Below are positions 17,822 through 29,000 of a DNA stretch of 64,000 nt, in pieces (the first letter of the stretch is position 1; each line of letters begins with the position of its first letter). A model generated the notes under the pieces. It saw only the letters and a list, made by a program, of their open reading frames with translations, searched no databases and was not told where the DNA came from. Origin of the DNA: Candidatus Hatepunaea meridiana (lineage in GTDB: Bacteria > Electryoneota > AABM5-125-24 > Hatepunaeales > Hatepunaeaceae); NCBI GenBank assembly GCA_030765125.1, contig JAVCDD010000015.1, forward strand, positions 2,939 to 66,938, read 5' to 3'. The position numbers were made by a program, and so were the translations under genes.

Positions 17822-19573
17822 TCACTTCAACAATACCATCCGACTGACATTTCTGTATTGAACATTGTTATCATTCTTAGCAATAAACCTGTAGAAATAT
17901 ACTCCCGAAGAGACGGGGTTTCCTGCTTGGTTCATACCAAACCAGATCGCGCTATGATTGCCAGGCGTTTGTCGTTTATTAATCAGTTCTGTTATGAGAC
18001 GACCGGCGACATCATAGATGCTGATACAAACATCTGCCTCAAATGGGAGCGAGTAGCCGATCTCGGTTGATGAATTGAAAGGATTAGGATAGATACCCAT
18101 TATAGCAAATTCCATTGGCAGAGCTTCGTCGGACAATTCAACGCCTAACGCCGTGCCAATTAACTGGATTTCGAGTTCACCCTCGTCTCTATCATTGGAC
18201 TCGATTAGAAGAACGGCTTCATATTCGCCTTCATCCGGGGGATAGAAATAAATCATCAAGGTATGCGATGAATCGGGGGGGAGTTCAAGGTGATTGTCCT
18301 GGTCGCCTAAATCGAAAGGTGCATCGTCAGGCATTATCCTTAACCAAGTGATATCGAGTGGTTCCAGACCGACGTTGCTGATTTCCAATTCCGCTTCCGA
18401 AATATAATCCATCTGAACATCATTGAATTCAACTGATTCCGGTTCCACAAAGATATTGCATTGAGGAAAAAAGAAAGGTCCAATGTCGGCTGTAGTGCTG
18501 TCAGGGTCGGGATCGCCGGTCGGATCACCTGCGTCTATGCAGGGAGAGTCTTCGGTGGGAAAATAGCTTTCCGGGAAATCACCTTCCATTGCCAGCTCGG
18601 GATCCATAAACAGATTGCCGAAAACATCTGTTGAATCGCCGTTGACATTAACCCGGTCAAGGACTCCGAACTCATCTAATTCTAAATCTTCGGAAAGATT
18701 TAGATCGGCATTTTCGCGTCGATTGAAAAATAGATTATTCTTAATTTCAGGCATAGCAAAATCCTGATTAAAATCACCTTCTATCACCGTAATCATAGAT
18801 CCCTCACCCATAAAGATATTGTTGGTAATCTGACAGGAATCACAAACAGTTATAGCAGTCCCTCGATTGGGTAGATAGAAGAGACAGTTTGAAATAGAAG
18901 TAATAGAAGAACACTCTCCTGTAATTACGATACCCCCACCGTTAGCCATTTCAAAAACACATTGTGAAATTATAGAAACATCAGGTGATCTTGTTTCAAT
19001 GATTATGTCAAGCTCTATCCTAATTCTGAATCTACATTTGTACATCTCGTATCCATAATAGCTGTGTATTACTTGTCCTTCTCCTTGAAAAGAGCAATTC
19101 CTGAAAACCGGTTTATGGTCGTTTGATCCAACTAATATTAAGTTATTAAGTTCAGGCCAAAATTGGGTATAGCGTCTCCAATTTCTGAATTGGCAGTATG
19201 TAAACAGCACATCCTGTATTTCAACCTCATTCCAGGTAGTGTCCATGAAGGTAATGCCGCCCCAATTCCTTTCTCCTGCTTTATCAAAAGTAATGGAATC
19301 ATCCTCAGTCCCTTCAGCGATCAGCACACCCCAACAACCGATCCCGCCACTAGCAGGGAAGAGTACTGTAATTCCGGCTTCGATGATTAAAGTATCACCT
19401 CTCTCTATTCCAAATCCTCGATCCCCATCAAGATCACATATATAAGGACTTCCTTCTTGTGTCAACCGTCCGCTGATCCAACCGCCGATATGAGTCTCAG
19501 CGCCAGCCAAACTATAGAGTAACAGGGCTGAAAAGAATAAGAATAGTATTTTGTTTTTCATAATTGTATCCAT
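17822..19573 (-). CDS. T9SS cargo protein: signal peptide + right-handed beta-helix + Ig-like (choice-of-anchor-D-like) domain + T9SS C-terminal sorting domain
   Basis: 583 aa. Signal peptide, beta-helix N-cap (DTLIIEAGITVLF), and C-terminus GIYPNPFNSSTEIGYSLPFEADV...SGVYFYRFIAKNDNNVQYRNVSRMVLLK (T9SS CTD, TIGR04183-like). Confidence 0.75.
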   Translation of the reverse strand: MDTIMKNKILFLFFSALLLYSLAGAETHIGGWISGRLTQEGSPYICDLDGDRGFGIERGDTLIIEAGITVLFPASGGIGCWGVLIAEGTEDDSITFDKAGERNWGGITFMDTTWNEVEIQDVLFTYCQFRNWRRYTQFWPELNNLILVGSNDHKPVFRNCSFQGEGQVIHSYYGYEMYKCRFRIRIELDIIIETRSPDVSIISQCVFEMANGGGIVITGECSSITSISNCLFYLPNRGTAITVCDSCQITNNIFMGEGSMITVIEGDFNQDFAMPEIKNNLFFNRRENADLNLSEDLELDEFGVLDRVNVNGDSTDVFGNLFMDPELAMEGDFPESYFPTEDSPCIDAGDPTGDPDPDSTTADIGPFFFPQCNIFVEPESVEFNDVQMDYISEAELEISNVGLEPLDITWLRIMPDDAPFDLGDQDNHLELPPDSSHTLMIYFYPPDEGEYEAVLLIESNDRDEGELEIQLIGTALGVELSDEALPMEFAIMGIYPNPFNSSTEIGYSLPFEADVCISIYDVAGRLITELINKRQTPGNHSAIWFGMNQAGNPVSSGVYFYRFIAKNDNNVQYRNVSRMVLLK

Positions 19574-19738
19574 AAGATTGAGATAGGTGGACAGTAGTGA
19601 TACTGTCCACCTATCTCACTTTTACCTTTTGTCATTCCGGTTCCCCTTTTGTCATTCCGGACTTGATCCGGAATCCAGCCTTCCTTTTCGGTGCACTTTT
19701 CTTACATGCTTACTTGCTCACGTGCTTACTTTCTTACC

Positions 19739-21394
19739 TCACTTCAACAATACCATTCGGTGAATATTCCTATACTGGACATTGTTATCATTCTTAGCAA
19801 TAAACCTGTAGAAATATACTCCCGAAGAGACGGGGTTTCCTGCTTGGTTCATACCAAACCAGATTGCGCTATGATTACCAGGTGTTTGTCGGTTATTAAT
19901 CAGTTCAGTTATGAGACAACCGGAAACATCATAGATGCTGATGGAGACATCTGCCTCAAATGGGAGCGAGTAGCCGATCTCGGTTGATGAATTGAAAGGA
20001 TTCGGATAGATACCCATTGCTGCAAATTCCGTAGGCAGAGCTTCGTCGGACAAACCAACGCCCAATGCTGTGCCGACTAACGGGATTTCGAGTATATCTT
20101 CATCGCGGTCGTTGGATTCGATGAGCAGGCTGGCTTCATATCTTTGCTCTACAAGGGGTGCGAAACTGATAGTGACGACGCGGGATGAATCCGGTGAAAG
20201 CTCAAACTCCTGCTCTAAATCATTGATGCTGAACGGCATATTAACCGGATGAATCGTCCAGCTCTCAATCTGGAGCGGCAGCACACCGATATTCATTATT
20301 TCCAATTCCAATTCTACTATCTCATCAATCTGAACACCAATAAATTCAACGGTATCCGGTTCAACATCGATATTGCATTGCGGGTAGAAGAATGCGCCGA
20401 TGTCGGCACGTGTGCCGTCAGGGTCGGGGTCTGATTCGGGATCACCGGCATCGATGCAAGGGGAGTCGGAGGTTAAATAGTAAGAATCGGGGTAGATCCA
20501 AACGCTGTCTATCGGTCCGACCTGTAGCGGGTCTTGAAACAGGTTGCCGTACCTGTCCGTCGAATCGCCGTTGGCGTTGACCCGGTCGAGGATGCCGATG
20601 CCCTCAATATCAACGTTCTCGAATTCCTGATCATTGAACATGAAACAGTTATACTCCACATTATCATCGATTCCGGATAGTGCGATCCTATGACACACTA
20701 AGATATTGTTAAAAACCGAAGTCTCGTTATAAGCGTACAAAGCGCCTGACCAATTATTGCATATTTCACCGCGGAAAACACGCATACTACCGTAAATGAC
20801 GCATCGCTGTATTAAGCTGAAACCACCACGTAACCTCTCCCTGACAGGTAGCCCAGAGTAGGTGAAATAACAATCGGTAACAAACACATTTGAATTACGA
20901 CTTGTTCTTAGGCCGATCGAGGAAGTTACAAAAGTGCAATGAGAAAGAGTTGCGGTTAATTCTTCCCCGCCAAAAATCGAGACGGAACCTATATCAAGTT
21001 CCATATCGCATCCTTTAAGCCTGAATTCACAGAAAGACGCTCTGAAATCACTGTCCCCCTCTATCGAGATATATGACCAGCCATATCTATTATCTATATC
21101 CCTGAAGAATATGGAGTCATCTGCCGTCCCCTCCGTTATGAGCTTCGCACCTTCAACTACAAGTTCATGAGAAGACTCGAAAAGCACTTCAACGCCCGGT
21201 TCAATGATCAGAGTATCATTCTCCGCGATCCAAATAGCACGTTCCCTACCCGTAAGTATATATGGACTTCCATCGGTTGACCATATACCGGAAACCTCTC
21301 CTTCCACCCAGGTCGTGTCCGCAAATGAATTGACTAACGATAAGGGCGCAAGAACCAAAACAAAAAAGAATAATCGTTTCATGAACCACCTCAT
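19739..21394 (-). CDS. T9SS cargo protein paralog (beta-helix + conserved Ig-like module + T9SS CTD)
   Basis: 551 aa. Shares the module NRVNANGDSTD...DSPCIDAGDPESDPDPDG...ELELEIMNIGVLPL...SNDRDEDILEIPLVGTALGVGLSDEALPTEF with the two downstream paralogs. CTD is nucleotide-identical to that of 17822..19573. Confidence 0.75.
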   Translation of the reverse strand: MRWFMKRLFFFVLVLAPLSLVNSFADTTWVEGEVSGIWSTDGSPYILTGRERAIWIAENDTLIIEPGVEVLFESSHELVVEGAKLITEGTADDSIFFRDIDNRYGWSYISIEGDSDFRASFCEFRLKGCDMELDIGSVSIFGGEELTATLSHCTFVTSSIGLRTSRNSNVFVTDCYFTYSGLPVRERLRGGFSLIQRCVIYGSMRVFRGEICNNWSGALYAYNETSVFNNILVCHRIALSGIDDNVEYNCFMFNDQEFENVDIEGIGILDRVNANGDSTDRYGNLFQDPLQVGPIDSVWIYPDSYYLTSDSPCIDAGDPESDPDPDGTRADIGAFFYPQCNIDVEPDTVEFIGVQIDEIVELELEIMNIGVLPLQIESWTIHPVNMPFSINDLEQEFELSPDSSRVVTISFAPLVEQRYEASLLIESNDRDEDILEIPLVGTALGVGLSDEALPTEFAAMGIYPNPFNSSTEIGYSLPFEADVSISIYDVSGCLITELINNRQTPGNHSAIWFGMNQAGNPVSSGVYFYRFIAKNDNNVQYRNIHRMVLLK

Positions 21395-23031
21395 TTCAAA
21401 ACCGACATCTTTCTGGTCGCGTTGTAAACGGTCCCATGCTCCGTTACAGCCTCGATCTCATAGAAATATATTCCGGTAGGAACCGTTCGACCATTCGATG
21501 AAGTTCCGTTCCATGCAGCAGAGTGCCAACCGGCATTACGTAAACCTTCGTTCAACCGGCAGATCAATCTGCCCTCTATATCGAAGATGTCAATTCTTAC
21601 CCGTGACGGAGAATTGAGCGAATAAGGGATGTTTGTGGAAGTATTGAAGGGGTTGGGGTAGATGTCCGCTACAGCAAATTCAGTTGGCAGATCCGTATCG
21701 GACAAACCAACACCCAATGCCGTGCCGACTAACGGGATTTCGAGTATATCTTCGTCGCGGTCATTGGATTCGATGAGCAGGCTGGCTTCATATCTTTGCT
21801 CTTCAAGGGGTGCGAAACTGATAGTGACGACGCGGGATGAATCCGGTGAAAGCTCAAACTCCTGCTCTAAATCATTAATGCGGAACGGCATATTAACCGG
21901 ATGAATCGTCCAGCTATCAATCAGAAGCGGCAGCACACCGATATTCATTATTTCCAATTCTAATTCCGCTCTCTCATCTGGCTGAATATTTATAAATTCA
22001 ATGGTATCAGGTTCAACGTTGATGTTACATTGCGGGTAGAAGAACGCGCCGATGTCAGGGAAGGTGCCGTCAGGGTCGGGGTCATCTTCCGGGTTGCCGG
22101 CGTCGATGCAGGGGGAATCGTCTTGAAGGAAATGCTGGTCGGGGAAGTCGTCTCCTCCAACAAGCTGAGGGTCGAGTATCACATTGCCGAATCTGTCGGT
22201 GGAATCGCCGTTGGCGTTGACGCGGTTGAGGACGCCGACTTCTTCGATATCTTCCGAGGTTATTTCTGCATAATTATAAAAGCAATTGTTTGAAACGTTA
22301 ACAGCGTTACCGACAATCGCCGTCCCGCCGCCGCGGCTTAAAAAGATCGAATTAGTAACGCTGCCGCCTCCGTCATTGCATAGTACAAAACAAGTATTAT
22401 AAAATATGCAGTGATCAGCAATTCCCTTAACAGTTGCATGACCATAGGAGACCCTCTTAAATATACATCGTCTTACGATTGTACTGTCGTCTCTTTGTGG
22501 TATAATAGCCCTCCCATATACAATTCCGTCAAATAAACAGTCTTCAATGATGTAATCTGAACCACTTACATCTATACCTTTAGCAAGGCTATTGAATGTT
22601 GAATGCCTGACTTCAAGTGATGAAGCACCACTAATAGCTTCTGATGTACAAAAATAACCAAATACTGCGTAAAAATGACAATAATCGAATCTACCAGTTG
22701 AATTCTCACCTCTGAAATTTATACCACCCCAGCTTTCATGATCATCATAATTAAGAGGAATGAACAATATTGAATCGTCTATTGTTCCTTCGGCTGTTAT
22801 TGTTAGGTTATCACCTGCTATGTTAACATGAAAGCGAAATAAAACAATTACACCGGGTTCAATAATTAAATCGGCATCATCACTAAAACGCACATTTGTA
22901 TCAACTATATAAGGACTCCCCTCAATATCCCATACACCACCTTCCATTTGACCTCCGACGTGAGTTTCAGAGAACAAAAGAGGAGATAAAAGGAATTGAA
23001 GCAACAAAATAGTAAAGATTTTCTTAATCAT
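21391..23031 (-). CDS. T9SS cargo protein paralog (beta-helix + conserved Ig-like module + divergent T9SS CTD)
   Basis: 546 aa; 4-nt overlap with the upstream paralog; CTD variant IYPNPFNTSTNIPYSL...TRKMSVLK. Confidence 0.75.
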   Translation of the reverse strand: MIKKIFTILLLQFLLSPLLFSETHVGGQMEGGVWDIEGSPYIVDTNVRFSDDADLIIEPGVIVLFRFHVNIAGDNLTITAEGTIDDSILFIPLNYDDHESWGGINFRGENSTGRFDYCHFYAVFGYFCTSEAISGASSLEVRHSTFNSLAKGIDVSGSDYIIEDCLFDGIVYGRAIIPQRDDSTIVRRCIFKRVSYGHATVKGIADHCIFYNTCFVLCNDGGGSVTNSIFLSRGGGTAIVGNAVNVSNNCFYNYAEITSEDIEEVGVLNRVNANGDSTDRFGNVILDPQLVGGDDFPDQHFLQDDSPCIDAGNPEDDPDPDGTFPDIGAFFYPQCNINVEPDTIEFINIQPDERAELELEIMNIGVLPLLIDSWTIHPVNMPFRINDLEQEFELSPDSSRVVTISFAPLEEQRYEASLLIESNDRDEDILEIPLVGTALGVGLSDTDLPTEFAVADIYPNPFNTSTNIPYSLNSPSRVRIDIFDIEGRLICRLNEGLRNAGWHSAAWNGTSSNGRTVPTGIYFYEIEAVTEHGTVYNATRKMSVLK

Positions 23032-23070
23032 TTTTCTCTCATTTTAATGATTCTGCTGAAAAACATCCTA

Positions 23071-23283
23071 TTTTGTCATTCCCGCGAAACAGACAGTCCG
23101 AGAATGCTGAAATCCCGCTGGCAGACGCCCTCGTCTGCCAGTTAAGTCCTTGTTTTTTCGTCAGACGAGGGCGTCTGACGACGGGTGAATATCTATTCTC
23201 GGACAGTCTGGAAAGCTGGAATCCAGATGGAGTGTTAAATACTTGAAAACTCTGGATTCCCGCTTTCGCGGGAATGACAAATA
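23071..23283. mobile_element. MITE-A copy (TTTTGTCATTCCCGCGAA... TIRs) interrupted by a nested ~125-bp hairpin element
   Basis: The left TIR is truncated after ttttgtcattcccgcgaaa. It is followed by an insert with its own inverted repeats cagacagtccgagaa/ttctcggacagtctg, carrying GTCAGACG hairpins homologous to 1895..1992. The insert is followed by the MITE-A centre and an intact right TIR. Confidence 0.55.
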
Positions 23284-23319
23284 AATGATCGCAGGCAGAG
23301 ACACCTACGCTACTATCAA

Positions 23320-25158
23320 TTATCGGATTAAAACCATCCGGTTTACAATATTTTCAGTATTGCCCGCATCATATTCAATGGAAATATTGTATAAATAGAT
23401 ACCTGAAGCAACTTCCAAACCACTTCTGTCAAGACCGTTCCAGGTAACACGGTTAGCGCCTGCTTGCTGCATACCGGAAACAAGTTCCTTAACGAGCCTG
23501 CCTTTGATGTCGTAGATCCTTAAGCTGACTTCACCGGATTGCGGAATGCTATAGCTGATCTCGGTTGATGAGTTGAAAGGATTCGGATAGATACCCATTG
23601 CTGCAAATTCCGTAGGCAGAGCTTCGTCGGACAAACCAACGCCCAATGCTGTGCCGACTAACGGGATTTCGAGTATATTCTCGTCGCGATCATTGGATTC
23701 GATGAGCAGGCTGGCTTCATATCTTTGCTCTTCAAGGGGTGCGAAACTGATAGTGACGACGCGGGATGAATCCGGTGAAAGCTCAAACTCCTGCTCTAAA
23801 TCATTGATACGGAACGGTATATTATCCGGGTGAATCGTCCAGCTCTCAATCAGAAGCGGCAGCACACCGATATTCATTATTTCCAGTTCCAATTCCGCTC
23901 TCTCATCAGGTTGAATATTTACAAATTCAACGGTATCGGGTTCAACGTTGATGTTACATTGCGGGTAGAAGAATGCGCCGATGTCGGGGAAGGTGCCATC
24001 AGGGTCAGGGTCTGACTCGGGGTCGCCAGCGTCGATGCAAGGCGAGTCATCGGACAGGTGGAAGTCGTCGTTATCATGATCGATGAATTGAGGATCTTCA
24101 TGAATTACATGATCACTGTACTCCTCAAGCCATTCGCCTTCAATATCGCAATAGGATAAGATCACCTCGTCAACATCTTCATAGAAGTGAACTTGAGGTC
24201 CTTCATAGGCACGGTTTCCCCAGAATATACAGTTCGATACAATACTCCATTCATTAGCCACAACACAGATACCACCACCAATTTCACTTTCGTTAAATAC
24301 GATAGTATTTGAATGGAATCGAAAAGGTCTCGCAGAATGATCAAAATATATAGCTCCACCCGCGTTTCCAGCACTATTATATGAAAAAACGTTATATTGC
24401 ACTTCTGCTAAGGTGAGATGACCCAAGCTTAATGCACCGCCATTGTAACCTGCTTGGTTACCGATAAACATATTTCCTGTTATGGTAAATTCCCCGAAAG
24501 GTGATTCCCAAGTCCCGATTGCTCCACCAGACCCTAAAGCGGAATTATCAATAAACAGGTTCTCAACAACCCTGATATCTCCGGAAAACCTAATACTCAA
24601 TGCTCCACCGCTGACTCCACAATTCTCTATAAATAAGTTTCTTTCAATAGTTACGGGATGGCAAAAATATGTGCATATAGCTCCACCCCACCAGTAACAT
24701 TGATTGTCTGAAAAAGTGGAGTTACTGATATTCAATTCGGCTTCCTCACAATAAAGAGCACTGCCTCGGACGTAGTTATCTTCATCACCTACGATGCAAT
24801 TACTGACTATACAATATCTTAATGTTACCACAGCACCACTATCAGCCCTGATACCACACCAGAATTCCTCGTCTTCATCGGAATGAAAAACTATGGAGTC
24901 ATCTACCGCTCCCTCTGCAAGAAGTTCACCATAAACCAACAGCGAATAGGGACCATTGAAATTTATTATTACACCGGGTTCAATCATCAGTGTATCTTCA
25001 GCGGGGATAAAGATGGTGTCCAGGACGACTACAGGCGAATCGTCGATAGTCCATGTACCACTTACTTCGTCTTCAACTTCAATTGCGTATAGATTATTTA
25101 ATGCAAGTATGCAGAATATTGACAAGGCGACGCAAATAAGTATTTGTTTTTTGTTCAT
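23320..25158 (-). CDS. T9SS cargo protein paralog with pbH1-type parallel beta-helix repeats, conserved Ig-like module and T9SS CTD
   Basis: 612 aa with glycine-rich pbH1-like repeats (SGGALSIRFSGDIRVVENLFIDNSALGSGGAIGT), the conserved module shared with 19739.. and 21391.., and CTD ...GIYLYNISIEYDAGNTENIVNRMVLIR. Confidence 0.75.
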   Translation of the reverse strand: MNKKQILICVALSIFCILALNNLYAIEVEDEVSGTWTIDDSPVVVLDTIFIPAEDTLMIEPGVIINFNGPYSLLVYGELLAEGAVDDSIVFHSDEDEEFWCGIRADSGAVVTLRYCIVSNCIVGDEDNYVRGSALYCEEAELNISNSTFSDNQCYWWGGAICTYFCHPVTIERNLFIENCGVSGGALSIRFSGDIRVVENLFIDNSALGSGGAIGTWESPFGEFTITGNMFIGNQAGYNGGALSLGHLTLAEVQYNVFSYNSAGNAGGAIYFDHSARPFRFHSNTIVFNESEIGGGICVVANEWSIVSNCIFWGNRAYEGPQVHFYEDVDEVILSYCDIEGEWLEEYSDHVIHEDPQFIDHDNDDFHLSDDSPCIDAGDPESDPDPDGTFPDIGAFFYPQCNINVEPDTVEFVNIQPDERAELELEIMNIGVLPLLIESWTIHPDNIPFRINDLEQEFELSPDSSRVVTISFAPLEEQRYEASLLIESNDRDENILEIPLVGTALGVGLSDEALPTEFAAMGIYPNPFNSSTEISYSIPQSGEVSLRIYDIKGRLVKELVSGMQQAGANRVTWNGLDRSGLEVASGIYLYNISIEYDAGNTENIVNRMVLIR

Positions 25159-25167
25159 TTCGTCAGC

Positions 25168-25631
25168 TCCATTTTTATTATTCCTGTTTCGTAGCCTGCT
25201 TGTATTTTGCAGAAATAGACACCTGAATTTACAAGGATTCCATTGCCATTTACACTATCCCATATTAAGTTATTCGGTATTGTTCTTTGCGCTCTCAATT
25301 ATGCCGTCTTCGAGGAAATCATCGCATAGTTCAAGTTGATCTACTGCTGGAGTGAGGGTATATTAGACAAGGTACGCTCCGGTGCTCATTACCTTTATGG
25401 TCTCACAATCCTGCGACGAGATCAGGTTATTGATTTGAGTTTGAGTGACAGAGCCCTCGAATTTTACCATAATTTCGGTGCCAACAAGCTTATAGTTACA
25501 CCCTGGTAGACCTCATACCATTCCCCTTCAATCTGCGTATACTCACGCCCATTGAACGTGTACGCTTCCGCGGTCTGTACGCTGAAAAAGACCGCAATAC
25601 AGATGATTAAAACATTCCTCAAGTTCTTCAT
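25168..25631 (-). pseudogene. decayed T9SS cargo gene: intact signal peptide ORF followed by frameshifted CTD fragments
   Basis: MKNLRNVLIICIAVFFSVQTAEA... (part of ORF 25464..25724), then out-of-frame pieces YTLTPAVDQLELCDDFLEDGIIESAKNNTE and WDSVNGNGILVNSGVYFCKIQAGYETGIIKMELTK. The latter resembles the CTD consensus W.G.N..G..VSSGVYF...K. Confidence 0.4.
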
Positions 25632-25961
25632 TGTTCCTCTCCGTTCTAATTTGTTTAGCGCCAAAAGGTTATTTAAACAAACCACACCTATATTCATAAT
25701 ACTAAAAGAAAAAGGACTTGTCAAGCATTATTTTCATTTTTATGGGATATTATTACCCCAAAAATCGATGAATATTGGATTTGTATCTATGGTATTCATT
25801 TGCATAGAATCCCCTATATGCTCGTAAACTTTCTAACATTCAATTTTCAAACTTATATTTCACTTGACTTCATATCCTATTAAATCTATATTATATAACT
25901 GATTTAGTCTTAACTCAAACTCCAATCATCCTGCTGTATTCCGAAGTAAGGGAGTTTTTCT

Positions 25962-25995
25962 TAGTTGTGTCAGGTGTTAACACCTGACACAACTA
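25962..25995. promoter_or_regulatory. perfect 34-bp palindrome ~65 bp upstream of the giant LVIVD gene start (candidate operator)
   Basis: tagttgtgtcaggtgttaacacctgacacaacta, exact dyad symmetry around GTTAAC. Confidence 0.4.
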
Positions 25996-26059
25996 AATAT
26001 AGAACGCTTCGTTGTGCGGAATACGCCGGCGGAGCTTTTTTATTATAAGGGAAGAAACA

Positions 26060-29000
26060 ATGGTTCACCGATTTGCTTTAATTCTCTCGCTGATGGTTTT
26101 CTGCTTAACCATCACAACCGTATCAGCCCAGGAAATCATCGAAGTAGGAGACTTTGATACACCAGGGCTGGCTAAGGACGTTGTCGTCGCCGGTAACCAC
26201 GCATACATTGCGGATTACGGCAGCGGTCTGCGTATCATCAACATATCCGATCCGGAAAACCCTGATGAAGTCGGGGCTTTTGACACTCAGGGGAATGCTT
26301 GGGGCGTCGTCGTTTCCGGTGATTTCGCTTACATAGCTGACTACGCAAGCGGATTGCGTATAGTCAATATTTCCGATCCGGAAAATACCAATGAGGTTGG
26401 TAATTACGACACGCCAAGTCACGCCTTTAGCGTCGTCGTTATAAACAGCCTTGCTTATATCGCAGATGGCGAGGAGTCCGGATTACTCATAATAAACGTC
26501 GCCGATCCGGCAAATCCCGACATAGTTGCAAGCTTTGAGACTGAGGGAACCGCCTTCGACGTTTCCGTTGTCGGTAATCTTGCATACATCGCAGACGCTG
26601 GTTTTCTGCGCATTATTGATGTGTCTGATTTAGACAATATGGTCGAAGTCGGAACTATTGAAACTCGGGGTACCGCCAAAGGCGTAGCTGTCGCCGGTGA
26701 TTATGCTTACATCGCTGATGGCGAAAGCGGGTTGCGTATTATCAACGTATCCGATCCGGAGAACCCGGAAGAAGTGGGGGACTTCAATACACCCGACGAT
26801 GCCAGCGATGTTACCGTTGTCGGCAGCTATGCCTACGTAGCTGACGGTGAAAGCGGTCTTTACATAATTGATGTTTCTAATCCGGAGGAACCGGAAGAAG
26901 CAGGTTCTTTCGATACCCCGAACGAGGCGATAGGCGTCACCGGAAATGATGAATATATATACATAGCAGATAACACAAGCGGTCTGCTTATTCTAAACGT
27001 ATCCGAATTTCACATTCCTATTATTGCCGTTGCCCCTGAAGCCCTTGACTTTGAAGAGGTCGAGTTAAACCAGAGTGCGGAATTGACTTTGACCATCAAT
27101 AACGAGGGTGGTAATGATCTGACCATTTCGGATGTCTCATTAACTGGAGACCACTTCAGCGTTGACTTTGAAGATGAAGTTGTCGTTGAACGAGATGAAG
27201 ACTATGAATTAACGGTAACCTTTGCGCCTGAGGAAATCGGTGAACTACGGGATACTTTAATAATTACATCCAACGATCCTGATAACGGTGAAGTAACCAT
27301 ATTCCTGAGTGGTGTTGGCGTAGGACCGGTTATTTCCATTGATCCCGAGACGATGGTCTTCGGTCAGGTGTTAGTCGGTGAAGCTGGTGAGATGATTATT
27401 ACAATCAGCGACTCTGGAAACACTAATCTAATTGTGTCTGATATTTTAGTTGAAGGCGATTATTTCTACGTTGATTTCGAGCAGGAGTTAGTAATTGAAC
27501 CGAACGGCGCCGCTGAAGTGTCGGTCAGCTTTGCACCTGAAGAATTCCGCGATTGCCAGGGAACACTGACTATTACATCCAACGATCCTAATCGGGATGA
27601 GATAGTTATCAACTTAACTGGTTCTGGGGTTGCAGTAGCCATCCGCGAGGTCGGCGCTTTCAATACGCCGGGCGAGGCGCGGGGCATTGCGGTAGTTGGT
27701 GATATTGCTTACATTGCAGATGGTCAAACCGGTTTGATTATTTTCGATATTTCCAATCCTGCCGAACCGGATTCTCTTGGAGCCTGTGATACGCCTGGTG
27801 ATGCATACTACGTCATCGTCGTAGGTGAATATGCTTACATCGCCGATCAAACAGGCGGTTTAAGGGTAATTAATGTTTCCGATCCAACTGAACCCGAAGA
27901 AGTCGGATACTACGATACTGCCGGTGAAGCCAGAGGCGTTGCTGTGCTTGGGAACTATGCTTATATCGCAGACGGTGATCCAGGTCTCATAGCAATAAAC
28001 ATCTCTAATCCTGAAGATCCGGAGCAGGTAGGAGCATTCAATTCTCCCGGAACGGCAAGGGGTGTCACAATCTCAGGGGAATACGCTTATGTATCGGATG
28101 GAGGAAGCGGTCTTCGTATCGTAGACTTGTTTGATCCACGCAGCCCGGAAGAAATTGGCTCTTTCGATACACCGGGGTGGGCGTTGAGTTCCTTTATCGC
28201 TGGAGATTACGCTTATGTTGCCGACTGGCGCAATGGTATGCAGATCATTGATATATCCGATTTGGAAAATCCTGATTTGGTGAGCTCTTTTGATACACCG
28301 GGTGAAGCTTTGAACCTTGCAATTGTTGGTAATTACGTTTATATTGCTGATTTAGGTAGTGGTCTGCGAATGATCGACGTATCCAACCGTCGTCAACCTG
28401 AAGAAGCCGGATACTTTGATACACCCGGTAACGCAAGAGGCGTTGCCGTAATTGGTGACTATGCTTACGTAGCTGATGGACCGGGTGGATTGCGTATCCT
28501 CGATGTATCTAACATCGGCGAACCCTTACCGTTTATCTCAGTAGCGCCTTTAGAATTGGACTTCGGTGAGGTGATGCTGAATGAAGGTACGCAGTTGGCT
28601 ATAACAATCAGCAATGTTGGCGGTGCTGATCTGACCATTTCAGAAGTTGTCAGCAATTTTGGATGCTTTACAACCGATTTCGAGGATGAGATTGTCCTTG
28701 AACCAGATGAAAGTGAAAATGTAATGGTTACGTTTACACCGGATCATCACGGACTATTTGAAGGAACTATAACCATTACTTCAAATGATCCATTTACCGA
28801 AGAAGTAACTGTTACTCTGCGTGGAAACGGAATTATCGGCGTTATCCATCATATTGGTTTCTTTGATACGGAAGGGCATGCACTGGATGTGGTAATTGAA
28901 AATAATTATGCCTATGTGGCTGACCGGCGAGCTGGAATGAGCATAATCAGTATTGCCGATCCGTTTAATCCGAGTGAAGTTGGATACATCGATTCACCGG

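Noticed and set aside
20070-20252. Conserved plus-strand ORFs (also 21662..21904 and 23651..23833) with identical translations MPTNGISSISSSRSLDSMSRLASYLC...
   Set aside because: They lie antisense within the shared module of the T9SS paralogs. Conservation reflects nucleotide identity of the duplicated genes, not an independent coding sequence.
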